Below are positions 38,392-49,382 of a stretch of DNA of 64,000 bases, in pieces. Position 1 is the first letter of the stretch. Each line of letters opens with the position of its first letter. The position numbers and the translations under genes were made by a program. Source of the DNA: Thermoanaerobaculia bacterium (lineage in GTDB: Bacteria; Acidobacteriota; Thermoanaerobaculia; UBA5066; Gp7-AA6); assembly GCA_036406835.1 (NCBI GenBank), contig DASXAG010000047.1, positions 6,436 to 70,435 on the forward strand, written 5' to 3'. The notes below the pieces were generated by a model, which saw only the letters and a program-made list of their open reading frames with translations, was not told the DNA's origin and ran no database searches.

Positions 38392-39785
38392 GCGTCCGCC
38401 TCCGCCGTCGCGGCTTCGGGGCGCTCTTCGTCCGACCGGCCGGCCACCCTCCAGGCGCGCCCGGCCGCGAGGAGCAGCGGCACCGCGGTGATCGGCCGCT
38501 GCAGCGGGAACCAGGTCAGGGCCGCCACGGCGCCCGCGACGAGCACGGCGAAGAGGAGCGCGGCCTCCGGATCGGAACGGGCCCGGGCGGCGCGCGCCGA
38601 CGTCACGAGCAGGCAGGCCAGGGCGCCGAGGGAGAGGAGCGCGAGCGGCACGCCGCCGTCGCTCGCGGCCTGGAGGTAGTCGTTGTGGGCCTCGCCGTAC
38701 GAGCTCGTGAGCATCGGGCTGAGGAAGCGCCGCCGCGCGCGGATCTCCGCCGCCAGCCGGTGGGGGACGTATTCGGCGGCGAAGACGCCCGGGCCGAATC
38801 CCGAGAGCGGCCGCTCGCGCGCCATCTCGACGGCCGCGGCCCACGGCCCGCCCCGGTACGAGACGAGGGCGTTCCAGTCTCCCGCGCGCAGCAGGAACCA
38901 GTCGGCCCGCGCCCGCTCCCGCAGCGGCGGATACGCGGCGACGAGGAGCCCGGCGGCGACGACGGCGGCGAGGAGCGGGATCGCCGCGCGCCGGCGGAAG
39001 CGGGCGAGGAGGAGCGCCGCGACGCCGGCCCCGGCGGCGCTCAGCGCCGTCAGGTTGCGGTTGACGAGCAGGTCCGCCGCGAAGAGCGCGAAGGCCGCGC
39101 CGGTGAGGAGGCGGACGGGCCACCGGCTCGCCGAGAGGAAGATCGCGAGGGCCGCGACGCTCGCGATCGCGAGGGTGATCGCGAGATAGCCGACGTTCCC
39201 GGCGAAGGCGCCGGTGTCCTGCCGGGAGCCCGCCGTCTCGAGGGCGAACGGGTGGTAGACGCCGGTCCCCTGCAGGATCGAGACGGCGGCGTTGACCGAG
39301 CACGCCGCCAGGAAGACTCCGGCGAGCCACGCGCGGCCGCGCGCCACCGCGTCGGACGCGCCGAGCGGCAGGAGCGCGGCGAGGAGGAGGACCGAACGCA
39401 TTGCGTCGAGCGAGAGGGCGCGGCGGGGGGACAGGAGCGCGGCGAGGAGCGCCATCGCGAGCGCCGCCGCCGCGAGCAGGACCGCGGCTCGGCGCAGAGG
39501 AGACGCCGCCCGCCAGCGTGAGAGCGAGGGAGCGGCGCCGCGGGCGGCCACGAGGACGAAGAGGGCGACCGCGGCGGCGAGCGCGGTGCCGAGCAGCGCG
39601 ACCGCGCGCTTGGGAGCGTCGAAGGCGGCCGCGGCGGAGGTGTCGACCGCGAGCGACGTGCCGGCGAGGACGACGGCGAGGATCGCGGCGATGGCGATCC
39701 CGCCGACCGCGCCCGGTTCGCTACGCGGCGGGGGCGGCGCGGCCTTCGTCCGGGCCGGCGGCGTCGCGCCGCGCTTCTTCGCCAT
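38388..39785 (-). CDS. O-antigen ligase/polymerase family membrane protein (Wzy_C-like)
   Basis: Last 465 codons of track ORF 38388..42125, from ATG 39785. About 10 TM helices and a periplasmic loop with GFGPGVF...YGEAHNDYLQ. Confidence 0.72.
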   Translation of the reverse strand: MAKKRGATPPARTKAAPPPPRSEPGAVGGIAIAAILAVVLAGTSLAVDTSAAAAFDAPKRAVALLGTALAAAVALFVLVAARGAAPSLSRWRAASPLRRAAVLLAAAALAMALLAALLSPRRALSLDAMRSVLLLAALLPLGASDAVARGRAWLAGVFLAACSVNAAVSILQGTGVYHPFALETAGSRQDTGAFAGNVGYLAITLAIASVAALAIFLSASRWPVRLLTGAAFALFAADLLVNRNLTALSAAGAGVAALLLARFRRRAAIPLLAAVVAAGLLVAAYPPLRERARADWFLLRAGDWNALVSYRGGPWAAAVEMARERPLSGFGPGVFAAEYVPHRLAAEIRARRRFLSPMLTSSYGEAHNDYLQAASDGGVPLALLSLGALACLLVTSARAARARSDPEAALLFAVLVAGAVAALTWFPLQRPITAVPLLLAAGRAWRVAGRSDEERPEAATAEADA

Positions 39786-39827
39786 GCGGGCGCGATGGTA
39801 TGACGTTATGCTGCGGCCGGGTGAACC

Positions 39828-42137
39828 GTGTCTGAGAGCCCTCCCCGCGCACGCCTCGTCTCGCTTCCCCTCTGGGTCTACCGGCACCGCATGCCGATCC
39901 TCGCCGTCCTGGGCGGGACGCTGCTTCTCGGCGTCGTCGTCCTCGGCTCCTTCACGACGCGGGTCGTCCAGCGGTTCGAGGGGCGGCGGTGGAACCTTCC
40001 CTCGCGCATCTATTCCGACCTCTACCAGGTCCGCGCCGGAGAGACGGCGTCCGTCGGGCCGCTGACCGCCAAGCTCGAGCGCCTCTACTACCAGAAGGTC
40101 GAGGGCGACCCCGACCGGCCCGGCCACTTCCGCGTCGACAAGGACGCGGTCGAGATCCATACGCGCCCCTTCCGCTATCCCGGGCGCTTCTTCCCCGAGC
40201 TGCGCGCGCGCGTCGTCTTCGCGAAGGATCGCGTGAAGTCGATCTCGGGCGCCGGCGGCGACGCGCTGCCCGCGCTCGTCCTGGAGCCCGAGCTCCTGGG
40301 CTCGGTGTTCGGGGCGGAGCTCGAGGACCGGACGGTGATCCGGCTCGGGGACGCGCCCCAGACCCTGATCGACGCCATCCTCACGACCGAGGACCGCGAC
40401 TTCTACCGCCACACCGGGGTCTCGGTGAAGCGGCTCTGGGGCGCGATCTTCGCGACGATGCGCGGCGGCATGAAGCAGGGCGGCTCCACGCTGACCCAGC
40501 AGCTCGTCAAGAACCTCTACCTCTCTCCGGAGCGGACGCTGCGGCGCAAGGCGACCGAGGCGATCATGGCCGTGATCCTCGACGCGCGCTACTCGAAGGA
40601 CGAGATCCTCGAGGCGTACCTGAACGAGATCTACCTGGGCCGGCGCGGCTCGATCGGGATCACGGGCGTGGGCCAGGCCGCGCGGCACTACTTCGGCAAG
40701 GAGGTCTCGGACCTCGACCTCGCGGAGTCGGCGACCCTCGCGGGCATGATCCGCGCGCCCAACGCCTACTCGCCCTTCCGCAGCCCCGAGAAGTGCAGGC
40801 AGCGCCGCGACCTCGTTCTGCGCCTCATGCGCGAGGAGGGGAAGATCACCGACGCGCAGCTGAAGGAGGCGACGGCGGAGGCGCTCGTGCCGCGGACGCG
40901 CGTCGAGGAGCGCACCAAGGCGCCGCACTTCGTGGACTTCGTCAAGTCGGAGCTGACCGAGCGCTACGGCAAGCAGCTCCAGACCGAGGGCCTGCAGATC
41001 TACACGACGCTCGACGTCGACCTCCAGCAGGCGGCGCAGCGCGCCGTGACGCAGGGCCTCGAGAACCTCGAGAAGACCTACAGGCGCCTCGCGACGGCGG
41101 CGAAGTCGGCCCCGCTCCAGGGCGCGCTCATCGTGCTGGAGCCCGAGACCGGCGGCGTCCGCGCGTGCGTCGGCGGGCGGGACTACGCGCTCTCCCAGTT
41201 CAACCGGGTGACCCAGGCGCACCGCCAGCCCGGCAGCCTGTTCAAGCCGTTCGTCTACCTGGCCGGCTTCTCGCGCCGGGACCTGGATCCCCCGGTGACG
41301 CCGGCGACGATCCTGGATGACTCGCCGATCACGGTGGAGTGGGGCGACAAGAGCGAGGAGGAGCAGTGGACGCCGCGGAACTACGACGGCGAGTACCGCG
41401 GCCGCATGTCCGCGCGACAGGCGCTCGAGCAGTCGATCAACATCCCGACCGTGCGCGTCTCGCTCAAGGCGGGGCTGCCGGCGGTTCTCGGCTCGGCGCG
41501 GCAGTCGGGCATCACGTCGCGCCTGCGCGGCTTCCCGTCGGTCGCCCTCGGCGCGTTCGAGATCTCGCCGATGGAGATCGCGGGCGCGTACGGCTCGCTC
41601 GCCAACAGCGGCATCTTCGTCGCGCCGAGCGCGATCGTCGGCGTGATGACGGGCGACGGCACGGTGCTCGACCGCAAGGCCGCCGAGCTGCGGCCGGCGC
41701 TTCCGGCGGACGCGGTCTTCCTCGTCGACTCCATCCTGCGCGGCGCCGTCGACCGCGGCACCGGAGCCCAGGCGCGATCGACCGGCCTCAAGGGCATTCT
41801 GGCGGGGAAGACCGGGACGACCAACGACGGCCGCGACGCGTGGTTCGTGGGATTCTCGCCGCGCTTCCTGGCGGCGGTGTGGGTCGGCTACGACGACAAT
41901 CGCGGCCTGAGTCTCTCGGGCTCGCAGGCGGCGGTGCCGATCTTCGCGGACTTCGTCCGCTCCGTGCCGGCGCAGCTCTTCGCGGAGAATTTCCCCGTGC
42001 CGTCCGACGTCGTGACCGCCGAGATCGACCCGGACTCGGGATACCTCGCCTCGTCCGGGTGTCTGCGAAAGATGACGGAGGTGTTCATCGAGGGCACCGC
42101 GCCGACGCAGATCTGTCCCGAGCACGGAGGGCGGTAG
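39828..42137 (+). CDS. class A penicillin-binding protein (transglycosylase/transpeptidase)
   Basis: Track [16 protein letters not shown] and [12 protein letters not shown] (GT51), SLFKPFVY (SxxK), SIN, KTGTTND motifs. Confidence 0.9.
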   Translation: MSESPPRARLVSLPLWVYRHRMPILAVLGGTLLLGVVVLGSFTTRVVQRFEGRRWNLPSRIYSDLYQVRAGETASVGPLTAKLERLYYQKVEGDPDRPGHFRVDKDAVEIHTRPFRYPGRFFPELRARVVFAKDRVKSISGAGGDALPALVLEPELLGSVFGAELEDRTVIRLGDAPQTLIDAILTTEDRDFYRHTGVSVKRLWGAIFATMRGGMKQGGSTLTQQLVKNLYLSPERTLRRKATEAIMAVILDARYSKDEILEAYLNEIYLGRRGSIGITGVGQAARHYFGKEVSDLDLAESATLAGMIRAPNAYSPFRSPEKCRQRRDLVLRLMREEGKITDAQLKEATAEALVPRTRVEERTKAPHFVDFVKSELTERYGKQLQTEGLQIYTTLDVDLQQAAQRAVTQGLENLEKTYRRLATAAKSAPLQGALIVLEPETGGVRACVGGRDYALSQFNRVTQAHRQPGSLFKPFVYLAGFSRRDLDPPVTPATILDDSPITVEWGDKSEEEQWTPRNYDGEYRGRMSARQALEQSINIPTVRVSLKAGLPAVLGSARQSGITSRLRGFPSVALGAFEISPMEIAGAYGSLANSGIFVAPSAIVGVMTGDGTVLDRKAAELRPALPADAVFLVDSILRGAVDRGTGAQARSTGLKGILAGKTGTTNDGRDAWFVGFSPRFLAAVWVGYDDNRGLSLSGSQAAVPIFADFVRSVPAQLFAENFPVPSDVVTAEIDPDSGYLASSGCLRKMTEVFIEGTAPTQICPEHGGR

Positions 42138-42160
42138 GCGAAACGGCGGCCGCCCGTTCT

Positions 42161-42166
42161 GATAAT
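42161..42166 (+). promoter_or_regulatory. -10-like box GATAAT 9 nt upstream of the uvrA TTG start
   Basis: Seen in the 38-bp gap after the PBP gene. No SD. Confidence 0.3.
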
Positions 42167-42175
42167 CTCGGTGGT

Positions 42176-45148
42176 TTGAGCAAAAACCCTCGACCCACCC
42201 GCCCGTCTGGCGTCATCCGCATCCTGGGAGCCCGGACCCACAACCTCCAGAACATCTCGGTCGGAATCCCCCTGGCCCGGCTGACGGTGATCACGGGCGT
42301 GTCCGGATCCGGCAAGTCGTCGCTGGCCTTCGACACGCTCTACGCCGAGGGCCAGCGCCGCTACGCGGAGTCGCTCTCGACCTACGCGCGCCAGTTCCTG
42401 GAGCGGCTGGACCGGCCCGACGTGGACTCCATCGAGCCCGTGCCGCCCGCGATCGCGCTGGAGCAGAAGAACGGGGTGCGCAACGCGCGCTCGACGGTCG
42501 GGACGCAGACCGAGATCCACGACTCCCTGCGGCTGCTCTTCGCCCACGGCGGCACGACGTCGTGCCCCGACTGCGGCGAGGAGGCCGTGCCCGGCGGCGT
42601 GGACCGCGCGGTCGAGGAGCTGTGCGCCACGGAGGAGGGCGCGCGGGCGACGCTGGTCGCGCCCGTCGCGTGGCGCGACGCCGCCGGAGGCGAGGGCCGG
42701 ATGCGGGGGAGGAAGCGCCGTCCCGCTCAGGAGTCGGCGCGGCTCGCGGAGCTCCGGCGCGCGGGGTTCTTCCGCGCCGTCTCGCCCGAGGGCGAGACCG
42801 TCGAGATCGGCGACTCCGTCGACGCGCTCCTGGACTCCGACGGCCGGCTTCCGATCGTGGTCGGGCGCTTCGTGGTCTCGGCGGCTTCGCGCCCGGAGAT
42901 CGCGTCGGCCGTGGAGACGGCGTTCGCGCTCGCGGGCTCGCTCGAGGCGCGCCTCCACGGGGCCGGGCGGGTCCGGACGTTCCGGCGCGGCCTGCACTGC
43001 CCGCGCTGCGGCCGGGAGTTCCGCGATCCGACGCCCTCGCTGTTCGCGTTCAACTCGCCGCTCGGCGCCTGCACCGCGTGCCAGGGGTTCGGGCGCGTGA
43101 TCGGGGTGGACCTCGACAAGGTCATTCCCGATACGGATCGGACGCTCTCCGAGCGGCCCGTCGCCCCGTGGAACACGCCGGCCTACGAATCGGCGTACCG
43201 GGACCTCTTCCGCGCGTGCCGCCGCTACTCCGTCCGCACCGACGTGCCGATCGCGCAACTCTCGGCGCACGAGCGCGAGGTCCTGATCGAAGGGCGGGGC
43301 GACTTCTACGGCATCCGGGGCTTCTTCGACTGGCTGGAGACCAAGCGCTACAAGATCCACGTCCGGGTCCTGCTGGCGCGCTACCGCGCGTACACCCTGT
43401 GCGAGTCCTGCCGCGGCGCCCGCCTGACGCCCGCCGCGCTGTGGGTCCGATTCCGCGGAAAGACGATCACAGAGTTGACGGACCTGTCGCTGTCCGAGCT
43501 CCAGCGGTTCCTGCAATCGCTGACGCTCGGCGACGCGGAGCAGGAGAAGCTCGCGTCGGTCCTCTCCGAGCTGACGTCCCGCGTGCGCTACATGAACGAC
43601 GTCGGCCTCGACTACCTGACGCTCTCGCGCCCCGCGCGGACGCTCTCGGGCGGCGAGGCGCAGCGGATCGGGCTCGCGTCGGCGCTGGGCGGGGCGTTGA
43701 CCGGCACGCTGTACGTCCTCGACGAGCCCACGATCGGGCTGCACGCCGCGGACACGCGGCGGCTCCTGTCCATCCTGCGGCGGCTGGCCGACCGCGGCAA
43801 CACGGTCGTCGTCGTCGAGCACGACCCCGAGGCCATCGAGTCCGCGGACCACGTCATCGACCTCGGCCCGGGGGCCGGCAGCCACGGCGGCCGCCTGCTC
43901 TTCGAGGGAACCCCCCGGGCGCTCGCGCGGGTCAGGGACTCGGCGACGGGCGAGCTGCTGCGGCGGCGCGCGCGAAAGAGCGCTCCATCGCCTCCGGCGG
44001 AGAAGGCGACGCCTCGTGGCCGGGGAGTCGCGCCGCTACGGCGCGCTCAGGGAGTCGTCCCGTTCCGTCCGCGTACCGAGGCCGCCCTCACGATCGTCGG
44101 CGCGCGCCAGAACAACCTGCGGAACCTGACCGTGCGCATCCCCCTCGGCCGGCTCGTGTCGGTGGCCGGCGTCTCCGGGTCGGGCAAGTCCACCCTGGTG
44201 CGCGACATCCTGCACCACGCCTACGCGCGCCGGGTCAAGGGCGCGACGCAGTTCGACGTGGGCGCGCACGACCGCCTCGACGGGCTCGACGCGATCGCCG
44301 ATCTGCTGTTCGTGGACCAGAGCCCGCTCGGACGCTCGGCCCGGTCGAATCCCGTGACGTACACCAAGGCCTGGGACGAGATCCGCCAGCTCTTCGCGAA
44401 GTCCTCGCGCGCGACCGCGCGCGGGATCACGGCGCGCGACTTCTCGTTCAACTCGATCGGCGGGCGCTGCGAGGCGTGCCGCGGGACCGGGTGGCAGACC
44501 ATCGACATGCAGTTCCTCGCCGACGTCACCGTTCGCTGCGACGTCTGCGACGGGCGCCGCTTCCAGTCCCGCGTGCTGGGCGTACGGGTCCGCGGCAAGA
44601 ACATCGACGACGTGCTCGAGATGACCATCGACGACGCGGCCGCGTTCTTCGCCACGGAGGAGAAGATCGTGCGCAAGCTCGAGCCGCTGCGCGAGGTGGG
44701 CCTCGGCTACATGCGCCTCGGCCAGCCGACCGCGACGCTGTCGGGCGGCGAGGCCCAGCGGCTGCGCCTCGCGGCGTTTCTCGGGATTCGTCCGGCGTCC
44801 TCGCGCGGCGCGCTCTTCCTCTTCGACGAGCCGACGACGGGCCTGCACGCAAAGGACGTCGACCGTCTCCTCGCGACGCTGCGGCGTCTGCTGGCGCGCG
44901 GGCACTCGGTGCTCGCCGTCGAGCATCACCTCGGTTTTCTCGACGCGTCGGACTGGATCCTGGAGCTCGGGCCGGGCGGCGGAAGCGCGGGAGGAAGCCT
45001 CGTGGCGGAGGGAACTCCGGACGACCTCGCGCGCCATCCGCGAAGCCTCACCGGACGCTTCCTGGCGGAGCGGCGCGCTCCGGAGGGCGCGCGCGACGCG
45101 TCCGAGGCACCGACCCGAGTCGACGAGCCCTCCGACAGCCGCGGCTGA
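42176..45148 (+). CDS. uvrA: excinuclease ABC subunit A
   Basis: Last ~990 codons of track ORF 41339..45148. [41 protein letters not shown], two LSGGEAQR signatures, Cys4 zinc modules. TTG 42176 is the only plausible start upstream of the conserved N-terminus. Confidence 0.85.
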   Translation: MSKNPRPTRPSGVIRILGARTHNLQNISVGIPLARLTVITGVSGSGKSSLAFDTLYAEGQRRYAESLSTYARQFLERLDRPDVDSIEPVPPAIALEQKNGVRNARSTVGTQTEIHDSLRLLFAHGGTTSCPDCGEEAVPGGVDRAVEELCATEEGARATLVAPVAWRDAAGGEGRMRGRKRRPAQESARLAELRRAGFFRAVSPEGETVEIGDSVDALLDSDGRLPIVVGRFVVSAASRPEIASAVETAFALAGSLEARLHGAGRVRTFRRGLHCPRCGREFRDPTPSLFAFNSPLGACTACQGFGRVIGVDLDKVIPDTDRTLSERPVAPWNTPAYESAYRDLFRACRRYSVRTDVPIAQLSAHEREVLIEGRGDFYGIRGFFDWLETKRYKIHVRVLLARYRAYTLCESCRGARLTPAALWVRFRGKTITELTDLSLSELQRFLQSLTLGDAEQEKLASVLSELTSRVRYMNDVGLDYLTLSRPARTLSGGEAQRIGLASALGGALTGTLYVLDEPTIGLHAADTRRLLSILRRLADRGNTVVVVEHDPEAIESADHVIDLGPGAGSHGGRLLFEGTPRALARVRDSATGELLRRRARKSAPSPPAEKATPRGRGVAPLRRAQGVVPFRPRTEAALTIVGARQNNLRNLTVRIPLGRLVSVAGVSGSGKSTLVRDILHHAYARRVKGATQFDVGAHDRLDGLDAIADLLFVDQSPLGRSARSNPVTYTKAWDEIRQLFAKSSRATARGITARDFSFNSIGGRCEACRGTGWQTIDMQFLADVTVRCDVCDGRRFQSRVLGVRVRGKNIDDVLEMTIDDAAAFFATEEKIVRKLEPLREVGLGYMRLGQPTATLSGGEAQRLRLAAFLGIRPASSRGALFLFDEPTTGLHAKDVDRLLATLRRLLARGHSVLAVEHHLGFLDASDWILELGPGGGSAGGSLVAEGTPDDLARHPRSLTGRFLAERRAPEGARDASEAPTRVDEPSDSRG

Positions 45149-45294
45149 CCGCGAGCGCCGGCGGCTCCGCGCTGCGCGCCGCCCGTCGGAAGGCGCCCGG
45201 GGCGAATCCCTTATAATTGCGGCTGCCCGCTTCCCAACACATCGCCGTGCCGAAACCAGGTGCCCAGACAAGCTCCGGCCGTCCCGCCGGAGCG

Positions 45295-48200
45295 ATGCGC
45301 GGATGGTGCGCTTCGCTCGCCCTCGCGGCGGCGGCGCTGCCGCTCGCCGCCGCGCCTCCGAAGGATCCCCCCTTCGAGGGCCGGTTCGTGTTCCGGACCT
45401 ACGGGGAGGAGGAGGGCCTCTCGGACCTCTCCGTCGAGTGCGTGACCCAGGACCGGACCGGGTTCCTCTGGGCCGGAACCGACGTCGGGTTGTTCCGCTT
45501 CGACGGCCGCCGCTTCGTCAAGTACGACGTGGAGCAGGGAATTCCGCGGACGCGGATCTACCAGGTCTACGAGTCGCCCGCCGGCGTGCTCTACGTCGGC
45601 ACGGGCTCGGGGCTCGTTCGACGCACGGGCGACCGGTTCGTGGCGATCTCCACGCAGGCCGGGCTCGGTCCCTACGCGATCGGGCACCAGGGGATCGCCG
45701 CCGACAACCACGGGAACGTCTACGTGGGCACCGACCACGGGCTCTTCGTCGGCCAGGCCGACCGGTTCCGGCTCGACCCCGACGGCGGCGGGACCGCCGA
45801 GACCCCGGTGTCCGCCGTCCACGTCGGCCCGCTGGGAACGCTCTACTTCGCGCGCGGAGGGACCCTCTTCCGAAGGCCCGTCGGAGGCCGCGCGGAGGAC
45901 TTCGGAAAGCCGCGCGGGCTTCCGGCGGACGAGACCGTGGACGAGGTGCAGACCGACCGCGCGGGACGCCTCTGGGTCCGGACGCTCAAGCACCTGTACG
46001 CCCTGCCGCCGGAGGGCGCTCGGTTCGAGCGCCGCGACGAGGGACTCGCGGAGTCGAGCGAGGTCGGGCGCCTCGCGTTCGACGGCGCGGGCAACCTCCT
46101 CGTGCCGACGGTTCACGGCGTCGCCTACGAGCAGGACGGCGCCTGGCGCACGATCGGCCGCCGCGAGGGGCTCGCCGCGGACACGGCGCTCGCGGCCGTC
46201 GTCGACGCGGAGGACTCGCTGTGGGTCGGGCTGCTCGGCGGAGGGCTCACGCAGCGAATCGGCCGCGGCGAATTCACGAACTGGACGCCGCTCGACGGGC
46301 TCTCGCACGAGGTCCTCTGGGCGATCGCGCGGCAGGAATCCCCGGCGGGCAACGGCGCGCTGTGGGCGGGGACCGAGCAGGGGCTGAACCGCATCGACCC
46401 GAGCGGGTCGATCCGCGTGCTCACGGAGAAGGACGGCCTCGGCGGCAACACCGTGAATGCGCTCGAGGCCGGCCGGGACGGGAGCCTCTGGGTCGGCTCC
46501 TGGCCGGGCGGCGTGACGCGCCTCGCGCCGGACGGCCGCGTGCGCCGCTACGACGCGGAGGATGCGCCGCCGGACCAGTTCCGGATCGCCGCGATCCGCG
46601 AGCGGTCCGACGGCGAGGTCTGGGTCGGCGCCGCGAACGGCCTCTACCGCCTGCCCGCGGGCTCCACCGCGACGCGGCTCGAGCGGGTCGCGGTCGGCAA
46701 GGAGAAGCCCGACGGCGTGCGCGGCTTCGCCGAGGATCCGCGGGGCGTCCTGTGGGCGGTCAGCAAGCAGGGGCTGCTCCGCCTGACCGGTGGCGCGCCG
46801 CGCAAGTTCACCCACCTCGACGGACTGCGCGAGGACTTCCTCTCCTCGATCGTCTTCGCCGCCGACGGCAGCCTCGTCGTCGCGTACCGGGAGCCCATCG
46901 GCGCGGAGAAGATCGTGGTGGAGAACGACGACCGGCTGGTCGTCCACCCGATCACGACCGCCACCGGCCTCGTCTCGAACAAGGTCGTCCTGCTCGGCAC
47001 GGACGCGGCGAGCCGGCTCTGGGTCGGGACGGGATCCGGCGGCGACGTGTTCGCGCGCGACTGGTCTCCCGTGCGCGCGTTCGGGAAGATCGACGGGATG
47101 ATCAGCGAGGACCTGGATCAGAACGCGTTCCTCGCCGAGCGCGACGGGACGGTGTGGCTGGGCTCGAGCCGGGGGCTGATCCGGTACCGGCCGGCCGCGA
47201 CGCCCGCGCCGCGCCCCGCGCCGCCGGTCGTGATCACGGGGGTGGGCACCGGCAACCGGCGGCTCGATCCGAGCCAGAGGCTCGTCCTCGGACCGGGCGA
47301 GAGCGATTTCTCCGCGTCGTGGGCGGGGCTCACCTTCCTCGAGCCGCGCCGGGTGCGCTATCGCTACCGGATGCTCGGGCTGGTCGACCATTACACCGAG
47401 ACCGAGCTGACCGAGGCGCGCTTCCCGGCGCTGCCGACGGGCGACTACACGTTCGAGGTCCTCTGCGTGTCCGCCACGGGCCAGGTGTCTTCGCGCCCGG
47501 CCGCGGTCTCGCTCCGGGTCCTGGCCTCGTGGTGGCAACGGTGGTGGGCCCGCGCGATCTGGGCGCTCCTCGCCGCGGGCGCGGTCGCCGCCGTCGTCCG
47601 CCTGCGCACGCGCCACCTCGAGGAGGACCGCAGCCGGCTGGAGGAGGCCGTCGCCGCGCGCAGCGCCGAGCTCGCCGCCGCCAACCGCGAGCTGCGGGAG
47701 GCGTCCTTCACGGATTCGTTGACCGGCGCGCGCAACCGCCGCTTCTTCTCGACCGTCATCGACGAGGACGTCAGCCGCACCCTGCGCGTGCACGCCACGC
47801 CGCCGCAGAACCGGCCGCGCAACTGCGACCTGATCTTCTACATCGTCGACATCGACCACTTCAAGGACATCAACGACGAGTACGGCCACGACCGCGGAGA
47901 CCAGGTCCTCGCCGAGGTCGCCCGGCGCCTCACCCAGGTGGTGCGGGACTCGGACCGGCTGATCCGCTGGGGAGGCGAGGAGTTCCTCCTGATCTCGCGG
48001 GACGCGGACCGGTCGCGCGGCGACGTCCTCGCCGAGCGCATCATGGCCGCGGTGGGCTCCGAGACGTTCTCGCTGGGCGGCGGCCACGTCGCCCGCCGGA
48101 CCTGCTCGGTCGGTTGGGCGCCCTTCCCCTGGTTCCCGGATTCGCCCCGCGCGCTCGCCTTCACGGAGGTGCTGAAGCTCGCCGACCGGGGCATGTATCT

Positions 48201-48369
48201 GGCCAAGCAGGCCGGCCGCAACCGCGCGGTCGGGGTGCTGCCCAACGGCATGCACGTCGACGCGGTCATGCCCGAGGGCGACTGGTTCGAGAGGCCGCTG
48301 ACCCAGTTCGAGGGGAGGCTGCTCAACCTGGTCCGGGCGGCGGGGCCCGACGTGGCGCCGCTCCTGTAG
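45295..48369 (+). CDS. sensor diguanylate cyclase: signal peptide, two-component-regulator beta-propeller repeats, Y_Y_Y-like domain, TM, coiled coil, GGDEF
   Basis: Track ORF 45217..48369 trimmed to ATG 45295. Repeated G..W.GT..GL motifs. RWGGEEF active site with an RDSD (RxxD) I-site at -9..-6. Confidence 0.85.
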   Translation: MRGWCASLALAAAALPLAAAPPKDPPFEGRFVFRTYGEEEGLSDLSVECVTQDRTGFLWAGTDVGLFRFDGRRFVKYDVEQGIPRTRIYQVYESPAGVLYVGTGSGLVRRTGDRFVAISTQAGLGPYAIGHQGIAADNHGNVYVGTDHGLFVGQADRFRLDPDGGGTAETPVSAVHVGPLGTLYFARGGTLFRRPVGGRAEDFGKPRGLPADETVDEVQTDRAGRLWVRTLKHLYALPPEGARFERRDEGLAESSEVGRLAFDGAGNLLVPTVHGVAYEQDGAWRTIGRREGLAADTALAAVVDAEDSLWVGLLGGGLTQRIGRGEFTNWTPLDGLSHEVLWAIARQESPAGNGALWAGTEQGLNRIDPSGSIRVLTEKDGLGGNTVNALEAGRDGSLWVGSWPGGVTRLAPDGRVRRYDAEDAPPDQFRIAAIRERSDGEVWVGAANGLYRLPAGSTATRLERVAVGKEKPDGVRGFAEDPRGVLWAVSKQGLLRLTGGAPRKFTHLDGLREDFLSSIVFAADGSLVVAYREPIGAEKIVVENDDRLVVHPITTATGLVSNKVVLLGTDAASRLWVGTGSGGDVFARDWSPVRAFGKIDGMISEDLDQNAFLAERDGTVWLGSSRGLIRYRPAATPAPRPAPPVVITGVGTGNRRLDPSQRLVLGPGESDFSASWAGLTFLEPRRVRYRYRMLGLVDHYTETELTEARFPALPTGDYTFEVLCVSATGQVSSRPAAVSLRVLASWWQRWWARAIWALLAAGAVAAVVRLRTRHLEEDRSRLEEAVAARSAELAAANRELREASFTDSLTGARNRRFFSTVIDEDVSRTLRVHATPPQNRPRNCDLIFYIVDIDHFKDINDEYGHDRGDQVLAEVARRLTQVVRDSDRLIRWGGEEFLLISRDADRSRGDVLAERIMAAVGSETFSLGGGHVARRTCSVGWAPFPWFPDSPRALAFTEVLKLADRGMYLAKQAGRNRAVGVLPNGMHVDAVMPEGDWFERPLTQFEGRLLNLVRAAGPDVAPLL

Positions 48370-48390
48370 GGGCGGCCCTCGCGGCCGCCC
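48370..48390 (+). terminator. GC hairpin after the sensor-GGDEF stop (possible terminator, no U-tract)
   Basis: GGGCGGCC-CTCGC-GGCCGCCC, 8-bp perfect stem. Confidence 0.3.
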
Positions 48391-48473
48391 TCGGGGGGGG
48401 ACGAGCCCGCCCCTGCGCCCGGAGCCGGAACCTTCCTCCTCGTCCGGCGTCTCCGGGCCGGAAGGAGAATCGC

Positions 48474-49376
48474 ATGGCGCACACCTCGTCTCCCAAGGCC
48501 GCCCTCACTCTCGCCCTGTTCCTCGCCGCCGCCGTGGCGTCGGCGGGTCATCGCGGGGTCAGCATCTCGGAACACACGGATGCGTCCCGCTGCGAGGACC
48601 TCTCGATCACGATCGACGACGACCAGGTCGAGCGCGCGCAGGACACGATCCAGGTGCCCGACACCGGGGGAGTGCTGAAGATACGCGTCGCCGATCGCTC
48701 CGGCATCCGGGTCGTCGGGACCGATCGGAAGGACTTCGAGGTCGTCGCCTGCAAGGCCGCCACCTCGAGCGCGGACCTTCCCCGGATCTCGGTCGTGCAG
48801 AAGGCGGGGGAGATCTCCGTCGACGGTCCCTCGAGCCGCGAGTGGGTCGCCTACCTGCTGATCGCGGCGCCCCGCGGAGCGTCGCTGGATCTCGAGGCGG
48901 AGAGCGCGCCGATCGGCCTTCGCGGCCTCTCCGGCCGCGTCACCGCGCGCACCGTGAACGGACCGATCTCGTTGCGCGACTGTCCCGGCGAGATCGACGC
49001 CGAGGCGGAGAACGGCCCCATCCACGTGTCGGGCGCCGGCGGCAACCTGCGGCTGCGGACGTCGAACGGTCCGATCGGCGTCGCGCTCTCCGGTACGGCG
49101 TGGTCCGGAACCGGACTGGACGCCAGCGCCGTCAACGGCCCGGTCGACCTCGTCATCCCGGCGGGTTATCGCTCCGGAGCGGTCGTGGAGTCGCTGGGCC
49201 ACGCGCCCGTGCGCTGCGTCGCCGAGGCGTGCGCCGAGGCCCGGCGCACCTGGGACGACCGCACGAAGCGCATCGAGCTCGGCGAGGGCGCCGCGGTGGT
49301 CCACCTCTCGACGCGCAACGGTCCGGTGACGGTCCGGTCGAAGACCGGAGGCGCCGACGACGAGGACGAGGAGTAG
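48474..49376 (+). CDS. DUF4097-like beta-strand repeat protein (putative adhesin fold), exported
   Basis: Last 300 codons of track ORF 45303..49376. ATG 48474 behind GGAAGGAG. Signal peptide. Repeated NGPI(S/H/G)V motifs. Confidence 0.7.
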   Translation: MAHTSSPKAALTLALFLAAAVASAGHRGVSISEHTDASRCEDLSITIDDDQVERAQDTIQVPDTGGVLKIRVADRSGIRVVGTDRKDFEVVACKAATSSADLPRISVVQKAGEISVDGPSSREWVAYLLIAAPRGASLDLEAESAPIGLRGLSGRVTARTVNGPISLRDCPGEIDAEAENGPIHVSGAGGNLRLRTSNGPIGVALSGTAWSGTGLDASAVNGPVDLVIPAGYRSGAVVESLGHAPVRCVAEACAEARRTWDDRTKRIELGEGAAVVHLSTRNGPVTVRSKTGGADDEDEE

Positions 49377-49382
49377 CGCGCG

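Noticed and set aside
39786-42125. Upstream ~780 codons of minus ORF 38388..42125 (antisense to the PBP gene)
   Set aside because: Only the part downstream of ATG 39785 looks like a membrane protein (Wzy_C-like). The rest is antisense to a well-supported PBP and is compositionally aberrant.
42142-42158. AACGG-N7-CCGTT hairpin after the PBP gene as a terminator
   Set aside because: The stem is only 5 bp and there is no T-run. This is likely incidental GC-rich symmetry.
45212-45217. Perfect TATAAT upstream of the sensor-GGDEF gene
   Set aside because: It lies 77 nt from ATG 45295 with no -35 match at 16-18 nt. It also coincides with the spurious TTG start of the track ORF. It is plausible as a promoter but not supportable from the sequence alone.
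45211-48255. 1014-aa ORF antisense to the sensor diguanylate cyclase
   Set aside because: The composition is Arg/Gly/Pro/Ala-dominated (e.g. RRGARRGRRGRP) with no recognisable domain. The opposite strand encodes a coherent multi-domain protein. This is the typical stop-codon-free antisense frame of very GC-rich DNA.
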